Below, piece after piece: positions 1-12,392 of a stretch of 54,382 nucleotides of DNA. Under the pieces are notes generated by a model. That model was not told where the DNA came from. It did no database searches and saw nothing but the letters and a program-made list of their open reading frames with translations. Position 1 is the stretch's first letter. Each line of letters begins with the position of its first letter. This stretch comes from Octopus bimaculoides (taxonomy: Eukaryota). The stretch spans positions 60,188,298 through 60,242,679 of the forward strand of contig NC_068983.1 of NCBI RefSeq assembly GCF_001194135.2, given 5' to 3'. Position numbers and translations under genes: made by a program.

Positions 1-135
1 TAGGATTTTGGTTTTAGCTAGGTTGACTCTAAGGCCCTTCAATTCTAGACCTTGCTTCCACACCTGAAACTTCTCTAGTTCTGATAGTGACTCCGCAATT
101 AGGGCAAGGTCATCAGCATAGAGGAGCTCCCAGGG
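1..135 (-). mobile_element. RTE-clade LINE reverse transcriptase fragment
   Basis: Open minus frame PWELLYADDLALIAESLSELEKFQVWKQGLELKGLRVNLAKTKIL, containing the YADD catalytic motif; runs off the window edge. Confidence 0.85.
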
Positions 136-747
136 GCAAAGAAATAATTGAGATTCAGTTGAATTAGGTATTTAAGTTGAAGCACCAAGTCAGTCCGGTA
201 TTATCCACACGGCTCGAAGTAAGGTGAATAAAATCAAAATAAGCAACAAAATATCAAGTAGTGGTTAAAATTCTATTTATGTATTTGTGCAGCTGAAGAT
301 GACACTGCATTTAAATTGATGTAATGATTGCATTGTTTTTTACGTGCCACCTGCACAGGAGCCAATCCAGCAGCACTGGCAACGACCTTGCTCATATATA
401 TTTTTATATATATATTTATATACGACAGGCTTCCTTGAGTTTGTCAACCAAATCCTTTCACAAGGCTTTGATCAGCCCATAGCTATAGTAAATGACCCTT
501 ACCTAAAGTGACATGCAGTGGGACTGAACCCAGAACCATGTAATTGGGATGCAAACTTCTTACCACATAGCAATGTATTTAACTGCAACTTATGTGATCA
601 TCCTTCGCAAGATTTGAACTCAGAATGTAAAGAGATAAAAGAAAGCATTGAAAAGAATGTTGGTCACCTCTCCACCATCCTTCAGCAAAATGATAAAATT
701 TTTGGAATAAGGGATAAAAATGCTCAATCAAAATTAGCATTACTCAC

Positions 748-891
748 CAGTTTGTAATTCTGCCATACCAATTTTTCCAGAACGAGTTGGATCGAATCTG
801 TTAAAAACAACCTGCATATCTTGGAGAAATTTCCAGAGATGTTGGAACTGGATCAAGTCAATCGATTCACTGTGGTCTTTAGAAAACATTG
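748..891 (-). CDS. PEF1: Peflin-like gene, exon 4: EF-hands 2-3 (gene continues left of the window)
   Basis: Acceptor aatgtctag| and donor |gtgagt; 144 nt, phase 1 to 1. Encodes (S)MFSKDHSESIDLIQFQHLWKFLQDMQVVFNRFDPTRSGKIGMAELQT. No further exon was recognised in 1-747. Confidence 0.9.
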
Positions 892-1289
892 CTAGACATT
901 CAGAAAACAAAAGAAATTAAATTTTAGAAATATTATAGATATGGTAAGGTTTAATACTTTTGTTAATAATATGTTATTAGTAATTAAAATACATTCCCTA
1001 TGTATTTGGATTAAATTCTAAAATAATTGAAAATTTAGATTGGTTTTGTTAAAAATAACTTAATAACTTAACCCCTTTATTACCATATTTTAGTTGAAAT
1101 ACAAAACCTTTGTTTTAATTAGTTTTGAAAATAATGAAGAATTCAGTAAAATAAGTATGTCATTATTAACCCTTTTATTAATATAATTCTGTTGAAATAC
1201 ACTGCCTATGCACTGGTTTATTTTGAAATGAAGAATCTAGTACAATAACAATTTCACTTGGCTTGATGGGTCTTCAGAGAAAAGTTGGG

Positions 1290-1620
1290 CATAAGAGGCA
1301 TCAGAGGTGGTGTGCAAGATAGAAGACTGTGCTGGTGTGGTCATGTGATGCATATGGATGAGGACAACTGTGTAAAGAAGTGCTGATCTCTAGCTCTGGG
1401 GGGAACATGTGGAAGTAGTAGACCTAAGAAGACATGAAATGAGGTGGTGAAGCATGGTCTTTGAACAGTGAGCCTCACTGGTGACCGGTCACCGAGACCT
1501 TGAGGCTTGAGAAGACCCATCAAGCCAAGTAAAATCATAGTTGTGGCTGTTGTCAGTGTCACGTGACTGGCACATAAAAAGCACCTTTTGAGTGTTGGGC
1601 CTCACGCAGGCAACGTGGCC
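1290..1620 (+). mobile_element. Degenerate RTE-clade LINE ORF 3' end plus start of 3'UTR
   Basis: Translates as GIRGGVQDRRLCWCGHVMHMDEDNCVKKC*...GTCGSSRPKKT*NEVVKHGL (WxGHVxR and GRPxKTW motifs), followed by the tail repeat seen in the other copies. Confidence 0.7.
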
Positions 1621-2468
1621 GATGCCAGTGTCGCATAACTAGCACCTGTGCCATGCAACTAGCACCTGTGCTGGTGTCATGCAACTCGCACCTATGCAAC
1701 TAGTTTCTATGGCTGGATGCCCTTCCTAATGCCAACCACTCTGAGAGTGTAATGGGTGTTTTTATGTGCCACTGGCATGGGTGCCAAGTGCATGACACCA
1801 GTATCTTCCACAATGGTTTAATGAGTCTTCTTATCAATCACAGCATGTTGCTGAAGGTCTTGCTCATTTGTCATTGCCTTTTTGAGGCCCAACAAGTGTC
1901 TTCTGCTATAGTAGAAGACACTTGCCCAAGGTGCCACGCAGTGGGACTGAACCAGAACCATGTGGTTGGTAAGCAAGCTACTTACCATACAGCCACTCCT
2001 GCACCTATTATATTGTATAACTTCTTAAATGTTTAGTTTTATATTTATAGCAAAAATGCCCTAATTTCACCCAATTCGTCTTCTTGTTTACATAACAGAA
2101 AGACAAACTGGATGAATTTAGGTCATTTTGCCATAAATATAAAAATAAACATATGAAAATTAGTTTGCTCCAAGTTATCATATTGACCTCAAACAAAACT
2201 AAAGCTGATCAAAGGGTTGCAAGTTATTAAAATCACTGATTGGGTCCAGTTTTTACTAAAAGTTTCAAAAGAGGAATATTTGGATTTTATTCTCTGGACA
2301 TTATCATTATAACACCGTTACTGTCACTTCAACTTGTTCACACTATCACAAACTGAAACACCAGCTCCAAAGTCCACCTAGGTTTTAAGCATACAGGATA
2401 TATTTTCTTTTATCTTTATTTCCTAACCAGTTTTTACAAGGCCACGTGATGAAATAAGAAATACTTAC

Positions 2469-2624
2469 ATATCATTAAACGTGCTGATTTATCATTTGCA
2501 TGTTTCCAGTTGCCATAAATTAAGGCCTGTTGTAATTCTTTGGCTGAAATTTTCCCAGAATGGTCAGCATCAACACTTATGAACCAGTTATATACTTCGG
2601 GGTCAATGCCTGGAGGTACCGTGG
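2469..2624 (-). CDS. PEF1: Peflin-like gene, exon 3: EF-hand 1 and start of EF-hand 2
   Basis: Acceptor tttctag| and donor |gtaagt; 156 nt, phase 1 to 1. Encodes [51 protein letters not shown], closely resembling peflin EF1 (WFxSVDxDHSGxISxKELxQAL). The symbol means PEF1-like; orthology versus PDCD6-type paralogs is untested. Confidence 0.9.
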
Positions 2625-3426
2625 CTAGAAATATATTGAAAAGAATATAGATATATATATATATATGTATATACACACACACACACGCACACCAGTTGCA
2701 CAGGGGCACAAAGAATTTCCATAATAGATGATATATTTTTTTATATAAATGCAAATTCTGATCAGTATTGCAGTTGGCTGTGATTAAGTGATAAACTTTA
2801 TAAAAGGCCAAAACATGTATCTCTTTTTCTTTCACTTAATTTAGCTCATTCTGTTACACTATATACTGGAATGTGAGAAGAGAAAGCAGTTACTGCATTG
2901 AGAGAGAAAGAGAAAAAAATAATGATCAGTAGTCAACCAAGACAGTGAAATATAGAAAAGAACACAAGCAAGAGACAGAAAGAAAGACATAAAAGAGAAA
3001 GCATAGGAAGAAATTAGAGCTGGACAACAGAGGTGTTGTAGGGATCAAAGGGATAATATGACAAAAATAATAGAAGTCCAGAGAGTGAGTGAATGAAAGA
3101 TAGACAAAGTGAGAAAGAAATTTATGTACGATATCAAAGATGGAGAGGAGAACATTAAAAAATGAAGAGAAGTGAAGACAGATTTTGATTGGGGGGGGGG
3201 GGAATATATATANNNNNNNNNNNNNNNNNNNNNNNNNNNNNNNNNNNNNNNNNNNNNNNNNNNNNNNNNNNNNNNNNNNNNNNNNNNNNNNNNNNNNNNN
3301 NNNNNNNNNNNNNNNNNNNNNNNNNNNNNNNNNNNNNNNNNNNNNNNNNNNNNNNNNNNNNNNNNNNNNNNNNNNNNNNNNNNNNNNNNNNNNNNNNNNN
3401 NNNNNNNNNNTATATATATATATATA

Positions 3427-3720
3427 TGGGGGCGCAGTGGCCCAGTGATTAGGGCAGTGGACTCGAGGTCGGAGGATCGCAGATTCGATTCCCAGAGCAG
3501 GCATTGTGTGTGTTTATTGAGTGAAAACACCTAAAGCTCCACGAGGCTCCGGCAGGGAGTGGTGGCGAACCCTGTTGTACTCTTTTGCCCCAACTTTCTC
3601 TCATTCTTTCTTCCTGTTTCCTGAGTAACATTGCAATGGACTGGCGTCCCGTACAGCTGGGGGGAACACATACGCCATAGAAACCTGGAAATCGGGCCTA
3701 TGAGCCTGGCTAGGCTTTAA
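3427..3720 (+). mobile_element. tRNA-derived SINE family D; second copy at about 49143-49530
   Basis: ggcgcagtggcccagtgattagggcag (A-box) ... gattcgattccc (B-box); homologous to 49143 onward. Confidence 0.75.
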
Positions 3721-3906
3721 AAGGGTGCATAAAATATATATATATATATATAGGCAGACATGGCTGTGTGGTTGAGAACTTGCTTCCCAACTATGTAGTT
3801 TTGGATTCAGTCCCACAGCATGGCACCTTGGGCAAGTATCTTCTACTTTACTCCCAAGCCAACCAAAGCCTTAAGAGAAGATTTGGTACATGGAAACTGC
3901 AAGAAG

Positions 3907-3949
<43 letters not shown>

Positions 3950-4337
3950 ATATGTGTGTGTGTATCTTGACATGTCTAGCCATGGGGGAAATATTACCTT
4001 ACTTGGAAACAGGTAAAAGTTGACAACAGGAAGGGCATCTTGCCATAAAAACTCTATCTTGAGAAATTCCATCTGACCCATGCAGGTATGAAAAAGTGAA
4101 TGGCAAATGAGGAGGAGGAGGAGAACTGATAAAGTTAGAAGAGTATTGGGAAACAAACAGATTTTTAATTAAAATTTTTATGATGTAGTTAATTATTCAA
4201 CTGTAATGGGCAACAAGAAATATTTCATTAAACAAATACTTTCTTAATTTTATACAATTTAAATTCTTTTTTGCAAAGCTAACTGTACTAATCAGATATT
4301 CTTGGAACAAAGGAATTAAAAAAAACAACCGTCTTAC

Positions 4338-4515
4338 GTTGAGTAGGAGGAAATCCTTGAGGGACCGGATATCCATAGGGTGGTTGGCCATATGGTGATT
4401 GGCCTGGCATTGGTTGGAACTGAGTATACTGTGGCATTTGCGGTACTTGACCAGGCATCGGAATGTACTGCTGGTGAGCCATGTTTGGATTACTGTATAA
4501 ATCCAACGGAGGATT
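4338..4515 (-). CDS. Peflin-like gene, exon 2: Pro/Gly/Gln/Tyr-rich N-terminal extension
   Basis: Acceptor tttttaatgtag| and donor |gtaaga; 178 nt, phase 0 to 1. Encodes NPPLDLYSNPNMAHQQYIPMPGQVPQMPQYTQFQPMPGQSPYGQPPYGYPVPQGFPPTQ, typical of the low-complexity N-terminus of penta-EF-hand proteins. Confidence 0.9.
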
Positions 4516-6635
4516 CTACATTAAAAAAAAAAAAAAACATTAAATAGAAAATTTGTTATTCAGAAATTGAAAACCATTATCAAAACTTATTTTAATCCTT
4601 TCAATGCCACCCTTGGTCAAACAATACAAACTTCAGTTTTTTAAAGTGATTTAAATTAAAACTTTAACAAAATTTTGTTAGTTTATGTTTCACACACCAG
4701 ATAAATAATGACAAAGTTATTTTACTAAACTCTTTTTTAATTTCAAAATAAATCAAAACAAAGCAGTGTAATTTAAGCCTTTATCATTAAAACCAACCAT
4801 GTCTATCTTCTCACACCTGCCCTTCAATGTCATTCTAAAGATAATCACATCATCAGAAATTTTAAAGCTAAGAGATAATTTATGGTTAATTCAAAACAAT
4901 GTGAATAAATAAGCATTACATTTGACAGAATAATCTGAAAACTAAAGGGTTAGCAGAAATATGGTCGCAAAAGGATTTTAAAGAATTCTTTTTTTTTTCT
5001 TTTTAAATTTTAAAATATACATTTACTAAAATGGATTATAGTTCTTAAAATTATCTTAAATATATTTGTAAAAGAGATTGGAGCAAGCATCTTTTAGCAG
5101 TACTATCTTAAGTATTGGAACAACAGACTGTTACCCAAAGGCCTCCTGGGTGTAGAGGCCCAATTCTGACCTATGTATGCTTTGCCCTCAATGCGAAAGG
5201 ATCTTCCCATTCTGTATCATCAGCCATGTCAGCTCCCATGAGAAACAGTGTGCTGGAGGTGGAGGAGGAGGAATGTCTCAGATCAATGCTGTCATCACCT
5301 TTGACTGGCTGTCATAAGCAAGTAAGCAAGCAATAAATAAATACAAGAGGGCTCAGTGCTTTGATTTTCTCAGGAACCTACAATACAGCTAAGACTGCTC
5401 TGTCTTATAGCAAAAGATATTTTTCTAATGGTAGCAACCAAACCATAAAACAGAACTAGTTGGAACTAGGATACCGACTAGTAAGCAATTTCCATTACTT
5501 CTTGTCGGATTTAAAGTAACTGCACCCATTTATTTACTAACATTGTGCAGAAATAGCTACAGGAGTGGCTGTGTGGTAAGTAGCTTGCTCCCCAACCACC
5601 TGGTTCTGGGTTCAGTTCCACTGCATGGCACCTTGGGCAAGTGTCTTCTACTATAGCCTCAGGCCGACGAAAGCCTTGTGAGTGGATTTGGTAGACGGAA
5701 ACTAAAACAAGCCCATTGTGTGTGTGTATATATATACCGGAGTAAGCACATAAATGTGCAACAAGGTGGAAAAAAAAGAGTACTCAAATACCAAAGGTAG
5801 AGTAATATGCTTTATTTAAAAGCAGCAGAAATATAACAAAAGACTTACTCGGAGTTTCACATTATGTATGTATTTATGCGTCAAGTCTTTGTTCCCCACC
5901 CCACCATCGCTTGACAACCGATGTTGGTGTTTATGTCCCTGTGACTTAGCAATTTGGCAAAAGGCGACGATAGAATAAGTACCAAGCTTACAAAGAATAA
6001 GTCCTGTGGTCGATTAGTTTGACTAAAGGCAGTGCTCTATATGGAGAGAAGATAAACTGTTGCATTATCAACATAAAAAAAACTCATGTGAAAAGTGTTA
6101 TTGATTCTGTAAGCCTCAGTCAATGACTGAGCAGAATGATAAACTCTGGATAAGGCCATTAAAGTTTATTGTTAAATGACTGATAGCAAGCAATGTATAC
6201 AGCAATTATCAATGTTGCTCTAAGCAGCAATTCATATAAATAACTATCATTAAAAGAAACAGATATTCTAACAGAACAACAAAACAATAATTACTGCAAC
6301 TCCTTTGAATAAAGTCTGAAGAGAGATGGGGCGGGGAGTGACATTTAGAAACTGATAACTTTTATGAAGCTAAAAACTATGGAAATACCACTACAACCAA
6401 TGTGTTTTGGAACTCATTTCCCTCACATTTACTCAATCCATCCAGACTGAAGTGTTGTTTTCTTTTTTTCTTTTTCACTTGATAAGCTATTTTTATAAAA
6501 TCATTTCGTAGATGAGGAGCAAACATTACATCAACATGGCTTTATGTCCACTTTTCCACACTTGTATGGTTTCGATGGAATTTGTTGAGGCAGGTTTTCG
6601 ACAGTCAGATGCCTTTCCTGTCACCAGCCTCCACC

Positions 6636-6990
6636 TCATCATCATCATCATCATCGTTTAACGTCCGCTTTCCATGCTAGCATGGGTTGGACGATTTGAT
6701 TGAGGACTGGCGAACCAGATGGCTACACCAGGCTCCAATCTGATCTGGCAGAGTTTCTACAGCTGGATGCCCTTCCTAATGCCAACCACTCTGAGAGTGT
6801 AGTGGGTGCTTTTACGTGTCACCGGCACGAAGGCCAGTCAGGCAGTACTGGCAATGGCCACACTCAAAATGGTGTATTTTACGTGCCACCTGCACAGGAG
6901 CCAGTCCAGCGGCACTGGCAACGATCTCGCTCGAATGACTTTTCACGTGCCAGTAAGGCGACGCTGGTAACGATCACGCTCGAACAGTGG
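6636..6990 (-). mobile_element. RTE LINE 3'UTR/tail copy. Representative; other copies at about 7711-7925, 23090-23430, 31000-31190, 31240-31570, 31960-32260, 35078-35410, 36630-36820, 37890-38348, 49977-50190
   Basis: Near-identical to 53876-54290, starting on the plus strand with catcatcatcgtttaacgtccgctttccatgctagcatggg. Confidence 0.8.
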
Positions 6991-7937
6991 TTCCATCACG
7001 ATTTCACTTTCGCTTGCCCCAACAGGTCTTCGCAAGCCAAGTTTAGTGTCCAATGAAGGAGACGTTGGCATGGGGGCCAGACGTCGAATTCAAAAAAAGG
7101 TAATTTTTTTCCCACTGCCAGACATGTTTTCCACTGAAGACAGGAAATGAAAACATTGCTTGTTTGATGGTGATACTCATTTACAACCATCATGTAATGT
7201 TAAGACAACAGTACGCATATGTTGTATGTATGTATCTAAACAGGAAAGGTTTGACAAGTACCAACGCACAGAACTCTCAGCCATTGAATCACTGATGCTA
7301 TTGCCATGTATGCATGTGTTGTAAAGTGGTCTTTTGCAACTGTTGTATTTGTCTTTTGACAATGGTTGTAGCTCTAACAGATATTGTTATATTCCGAACT
7401 CATCAATAGAATGGCTCTGTAGCATGGTACGACCCCCAGTCATACAGAGTTATTATCTTCAAAAGGTTGGATTGTTATTACGTCCACTTAGTATCACAGT
7501 ATAATTACTATACCAGATAAGACACGACTATCAACACAGTCTACANNNNNNNNNNGTCACCAAAGCTACAAAAGGTTTCATGTGAAGAGATCCTCACTCC
7601 AAAATGGAGACAAGTATCAACAATTCCATGTGGCATGCTTCAACAATTGTGAGGGTCTTTCCACATGAAACCATCAGTAGCCTTGTTAATAAAGGATATA
7701 TATATATATATCATCATCATTTAAAGTCCGCTTTCCATGCTAGCATGGGTTGGACGATTTGACTGAGGACTGGTGGACCAGGAGGCAACACCAGGCTCCA
7801 ATCTGATCTGGCAGAGTTTCTACAGCTGGATGCCCTTCCTAACATCAACCACTCCGAGAGTGTAGTGGGTGCTGTTTACATGCCACTGGCATGAGGGCCA
7901 GTCCGGCACGAGGGCCAGTCCGGCACACACACACACG

Positions 7938-7970
<33 letters not shown>

Positions 7971-8509
7971 GATGGGCATCTTTCAGTTTCTGTCATTCAG
8001 ATCATAAGGCTTTAGTCAGCCTAGGGCTAAAGTAGAAGCCACTTGCCCATATGGTTCAGAAGCAAGTTTCTCAACCACATGGCCACACCTGTTTATTATA
8101 ACAAGTAGTATTGCTTTGATATTATTTTCCTAGTATGGGTGAACAGGTCTACAAGACCACACTGTACGTGTAACAATTCATAATTTATGGGTTCCAGATT
8201 TCTCAAATTTTTTTTCTGCTCAATGTCTTCATAACATTTCCATGCTCACAGTCAATCGCCATCCATCACCAATAACTTTTATTCATACTCTCTTTTACTT
8301 GTTTCAGTCATTTTGACTGCGGCCATGCTGGAGCACCACCTTTAGTCGAGCAAATCGAACTCAGGACTTATTCTTTGTAAGCCTAGTACTTATTCTATCG
8401 GTTCTTTTGCCAAACCGCTAAGTTACGGGGATGTAAACACACCAGCATCAGTTGTCAAGCGATGTTAGTGGGACAAACACAGACATACAAACACACAGAC
8501 ACACATATA

Positions 8510-8541
<32 letters not shown>

Positions 8542-9834
8542 CACGACAGGCTTCTTTTCAGTTTCTGTCTAACAAATCCACTCGCAAGGCTTTGGTTGGC
8601 CTGAGGCTATAGTAGAAGACACTTGCCCAAGGTGCCACACAGTGGGACTGAACCGAGAACCATGTGGTTGGTAAGCAAGCTACTTATCACACTTTTGTCA
8701 AAAAGTTATGAGTAACAAAAAGACACACCATAAACAAACATTAACGACAAATATTCTACAGCTATTGAGGAAAAAAGATTAGCTCATTATTAACTTTGAG
8801 AGAGAGACAATCAAATTATCTAGCTTGCTTATAAACTACATGAACCAGGCAGATTTCGGGGACATATATGTCCAAAGTTCCTGTTTGCAAGTGGATTCTC
8901 AAGCCTCTAACAGGAAAACATTCCGCATAGCAATGGAATTGTGTCATTACGAGATTGATAGAGATGATGGAGAGACTTAAAATAGACTAGACTGGATATC
9001 TGGTTCATCATCATCATTGTTTTAAAATCCATTTCTCCATGCTTGCATGGGTTGGATGGAATTTGTTGCAGATTTTCTACAACTGGATGTGCTTCCTATT
9101 GTCTATCCCAAACTATTTCCAAGCAAGGATACATTTCCTCATGACCGGACATATTTTCCACAGAATATTGGAAATGAATGACATGTGATGTCAAGACAAG
9201 GAGACACAAACATACACACAGTCATACATACATCACACAATAAATACATGTATGTATATATATATGTATATATTATCTGCCGAGGTCAACTTTGCCTTTC
9301 ATACTTTCAGGGTCGATAAATTAAGTACCAGTTGCATACTGGAGTCAATCTAACCAACTGGCCCCATCCCCAAAGATTTCAGGCCTTGTGCCTAGAGTAG
9401 AAAAGAATATTTATATATGCTATGTAAAACAGTTTGATTCGGTTCTGTGCTATTTCAAGTTTTGCAGGCCCCCTAAGGGGAGCCTGACTGTTTCTGACTT
9501 TGGATTGAAGTAGCACATAACTGAATCAAACTGTTTTAAATAATACATGTAACTCCTTCTAAATGTTGAGTGCCCTTTTCTTTCGTTTGTCCACTCATAT
9601 ATATATATATATATATATCATCAGTCTGGATGACGAGCAAAGACTCAGAAACATATCTCTGGATGCAGGCCTAGCTGGGTGAGGGTGCTTGTCTCCCCCT
9701 TGTAAACATAAAGACACAGGAAATGTGTTAAGGCCAACAGGAAGCGGTGCAGCTTCCTCGGGCTAAATAGCAGTAGTATTATTCCCTTCATGGGACTGTC
9801 ACATTAAGTTGACAGCATACAACTACTTTATCGC

Positions 9835-9882
<48 letters not shown>

Positions 9883-10040
9883 AGGAGTGGCTATGTGGTA
9901 AGTAGCTTGCTTCCCAATCACATGGTTCTGAGTTCAGTCCCACTGTGTGGCACCTTGGGCAAGTATCTTCTACTATAGCCTCGGGCCAACCAAAGCCTCA
10001 TGAGTGGATTTAGTAGACGGAAACTGAAAGAAACCCATCG

Positions 10041-10079
<39 letters not shown>

Positions 10080-10202
10080 TTGTCCCCACAACATCGCTTG
10101 ACAACCGATGCCAGTGTGTTTACGTCCCCATAACTTAGCGATTTTCAAAATTGACTGAAATGAAGGCAAGTGTATTTCAACAGAAATATGACCCCAGAAG
10201 AA

Positions 10203-10443
10203 TTAACTCCATTTTCCCCTTTCGATACCAACCCAGCTGAAACCACCTCTGGCTCCGTCGTACAAATGTCTTGTTTTTCTAAGTTTTGAGTAAAAAATCT
10301 TCCATCAAACCTTAGTCACAATTTATGTTCCTAACACTAACCAAATCATAACTAAGTTATTTTACTAAATTCTTTGTTATATTTTAAATTAATTGAAAGA
10401 AACACAGAGTATCTCAACAGGAATAGTGTAACAAATGGGTTAA
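10203..10443 (+). mobile_element. Second TTAA-type MITE family; related pieces at about 1058-1230, 34800-34860, 35695-35820
   Basis: Ends in ...acaaatgggTTAA and shares gataccaa...ctgaaac...tacaaatgtct...aaccttagtcacaatttatgttcctaacact with 35695-35820. Confidence 0.55.
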
Positions 10444-11881
10444 GCCATTTTTTTCTCAAGTGTCACAGTATGAAGAAAGCATTGCCAAATGAACAATATC
10501 AAATGTCCTGACTGACCAACAAATGTTTACTTTCTAAATACTTTTGCATAAGTACTTTGATTTTATCAATAATCAATGACATTTTGATAAGCTATCAATA
10601 GATGAAGTCCATCACTTGCTCTTTCATCTTCAGACAGTACTGAAATGGCAGAAATAGCACAACTTCCTGTTGCACGTTCGCTATAAATACCAACATGTCT
10701 ATGCGAAAAGCCAACAACCACGCAATGGTTAACAAGCATCACTCATACATTTAATGTCCACTTTTCCATGCCTGCATGGGTCAGAGAGAATTTGTTGAGG
10801 CACATTTTCTACAGTTGGATGGATGCCCTTGCCGTTGCTAACTTTAACTTGTTCCCAAACAAATTAATACTTTTCCATGAACAGTTTTCATGGAAAATTA
10901 GAAAGCAACAAACTTGCTTAGATAACGATGATGCTAATTTACCACCATCACACAATAGTCTAGACAAGAGTACACACACACACACACGCACACAGAGGCT
11001 TCTTTCAGTTTCCATCTGCCAAATACACTCACAAGGCTTTGGCCAACCTGTGGCTATTATAGAAAACACTTGCCCAAGATGCCATACAGAGGGACTGAAA
11101 CCAAGACCACACAGTTGAAAAGCAAGCTCCATAACCGCACAGCTGCTCACAGTGTGGTCATCAATAAATCAATCAGCTGTTGTCAAATGATTGATCAAGT
11201 AGGTCTATGTCTGCTGTGTCTAACATTCCTAAGGTCATCTTAGAGAGATTGTTCAATGAGACTGTAATACCTGGATTTCCTCAATAATCCATGATCTCTG
11301 CCATACATCTCAACACTTATGAAGAAGACACGAACAAGGGTAGGTGTCAGTTAAGCTGAGAGTGTTGAGATACAAACATGGTTATAGATCCTAACATAGC
11401 AAAGTCTGTGAAATTATCAAAAAATGGTGAATATTATACAATGATATGAAGAAGCAACTCCCAAGTGAAATATTCAGAGAGAACATTGAAAGAATATTTT
11501 AGCTTTGTGGCCATCATCAAGGAAGCCGACAGGGATAGATTCTCTGTACTAGACAGAGATGTAGACTTATTCAGATTTATTCAGCCTCTGGATTTCATGG
11601 ATGAAGTAATGGCTCCTCAATGCTCATGGGATGTGTAATATGTCTGTTTCAATGGAGTTCAATTCGTTATTCTTCAAGTGTCTGTATCTAAGCCATTACC
11701 CAGCACCGTTCTATGAACTTGGATAAGGGCTGGTTTTCATATTAAATTCAACATGGCTGTAGATATATGTGTTTCACTTTGTGGACTAAACAATGAAGCT
11801 GTCATCATCATCTTAATGTCCAGTTTTCCATACTTGCATGGGTTTGACCACAGTCTCCAGCAGCTTCACATAGCCATCTGA

Positions 11882-12392
11882 ATTGAGCCTCAGGCCCCGT
11901 TCAAAGATGCAGGGCAGCATGATGTCACCCACTGGAGACGCACCCAAAGACCATGGTTTTGATAATACATGGGACAAGATTGTAGACAAGCCACTTGTTG
12001 TTCTGTCAAATGGTTCTCATTGGCTTTGGTTAATAGAATTTGTTCCTTGCACCTCTTGTACAAGCGGTAAGGTGCTCATTCAGTACCAGCTTCATGGTGG
12101 CAACTCCAAAACTCATATTTCTTGCCAAAGCTTGGATTCCCTTACTTGAATTTTCATTCACCTTATCCTACAGCTGCTGGATAAAGTCCAGCAATCAGAT
12201 GCCTGATGTGCCCCTTCCTAGTGGCCACGGCTTCATAGTCTCCATTGCAGCTGTCCACGTCACATCTTACAGCCTTTAGTGTCCACAGAGCATTGAGCAG
12301 CAGTCATGATATCAGCATTTTCGTACCCATTGCAAATCTTCATGATACAGGTAACTCCGTTTCCAATATTCAAATGGCCTCCAGTCCTCCAT
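11882..12392 (-). pseudogene. Decayed Tc1/mariner transposase, maT/DD37D-like
   Basis: Reconstructed across frameshifts: MEDWRPFEYWKRS..IMKICNGYENADIMTAAQCS..CDVDSCNGDYEAVATRKGH..LDFIQQL*DKVNENSSKGIQALARNMSFGVATMKLVLNEHL (HTH region), then IKTMVFGCVSSG/GDIMLPCIFERGLRLN (MVFGxxSSxGxxMxPxxFxxGLRLN motif). Internally deleted and truncated at about 11880 by a LINE-tail insertion. Confidence 0.7.

Noticed and set aside
5115-5336. GC-richer stretch with a 73-aa ORF, considered as an extra peflin exon
   Set aside because: All minus frames hit stops before a usable donor, and exon phases already join without it.
6700-7056. Recurrent ORFs such as MRTGEPDGYTRL..., MPPAQEPVQRHWQR... and MSPARRPVRRYWQR...
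   Set aside because: Chance translations of the repeated RTE 3'UTR, not genes.
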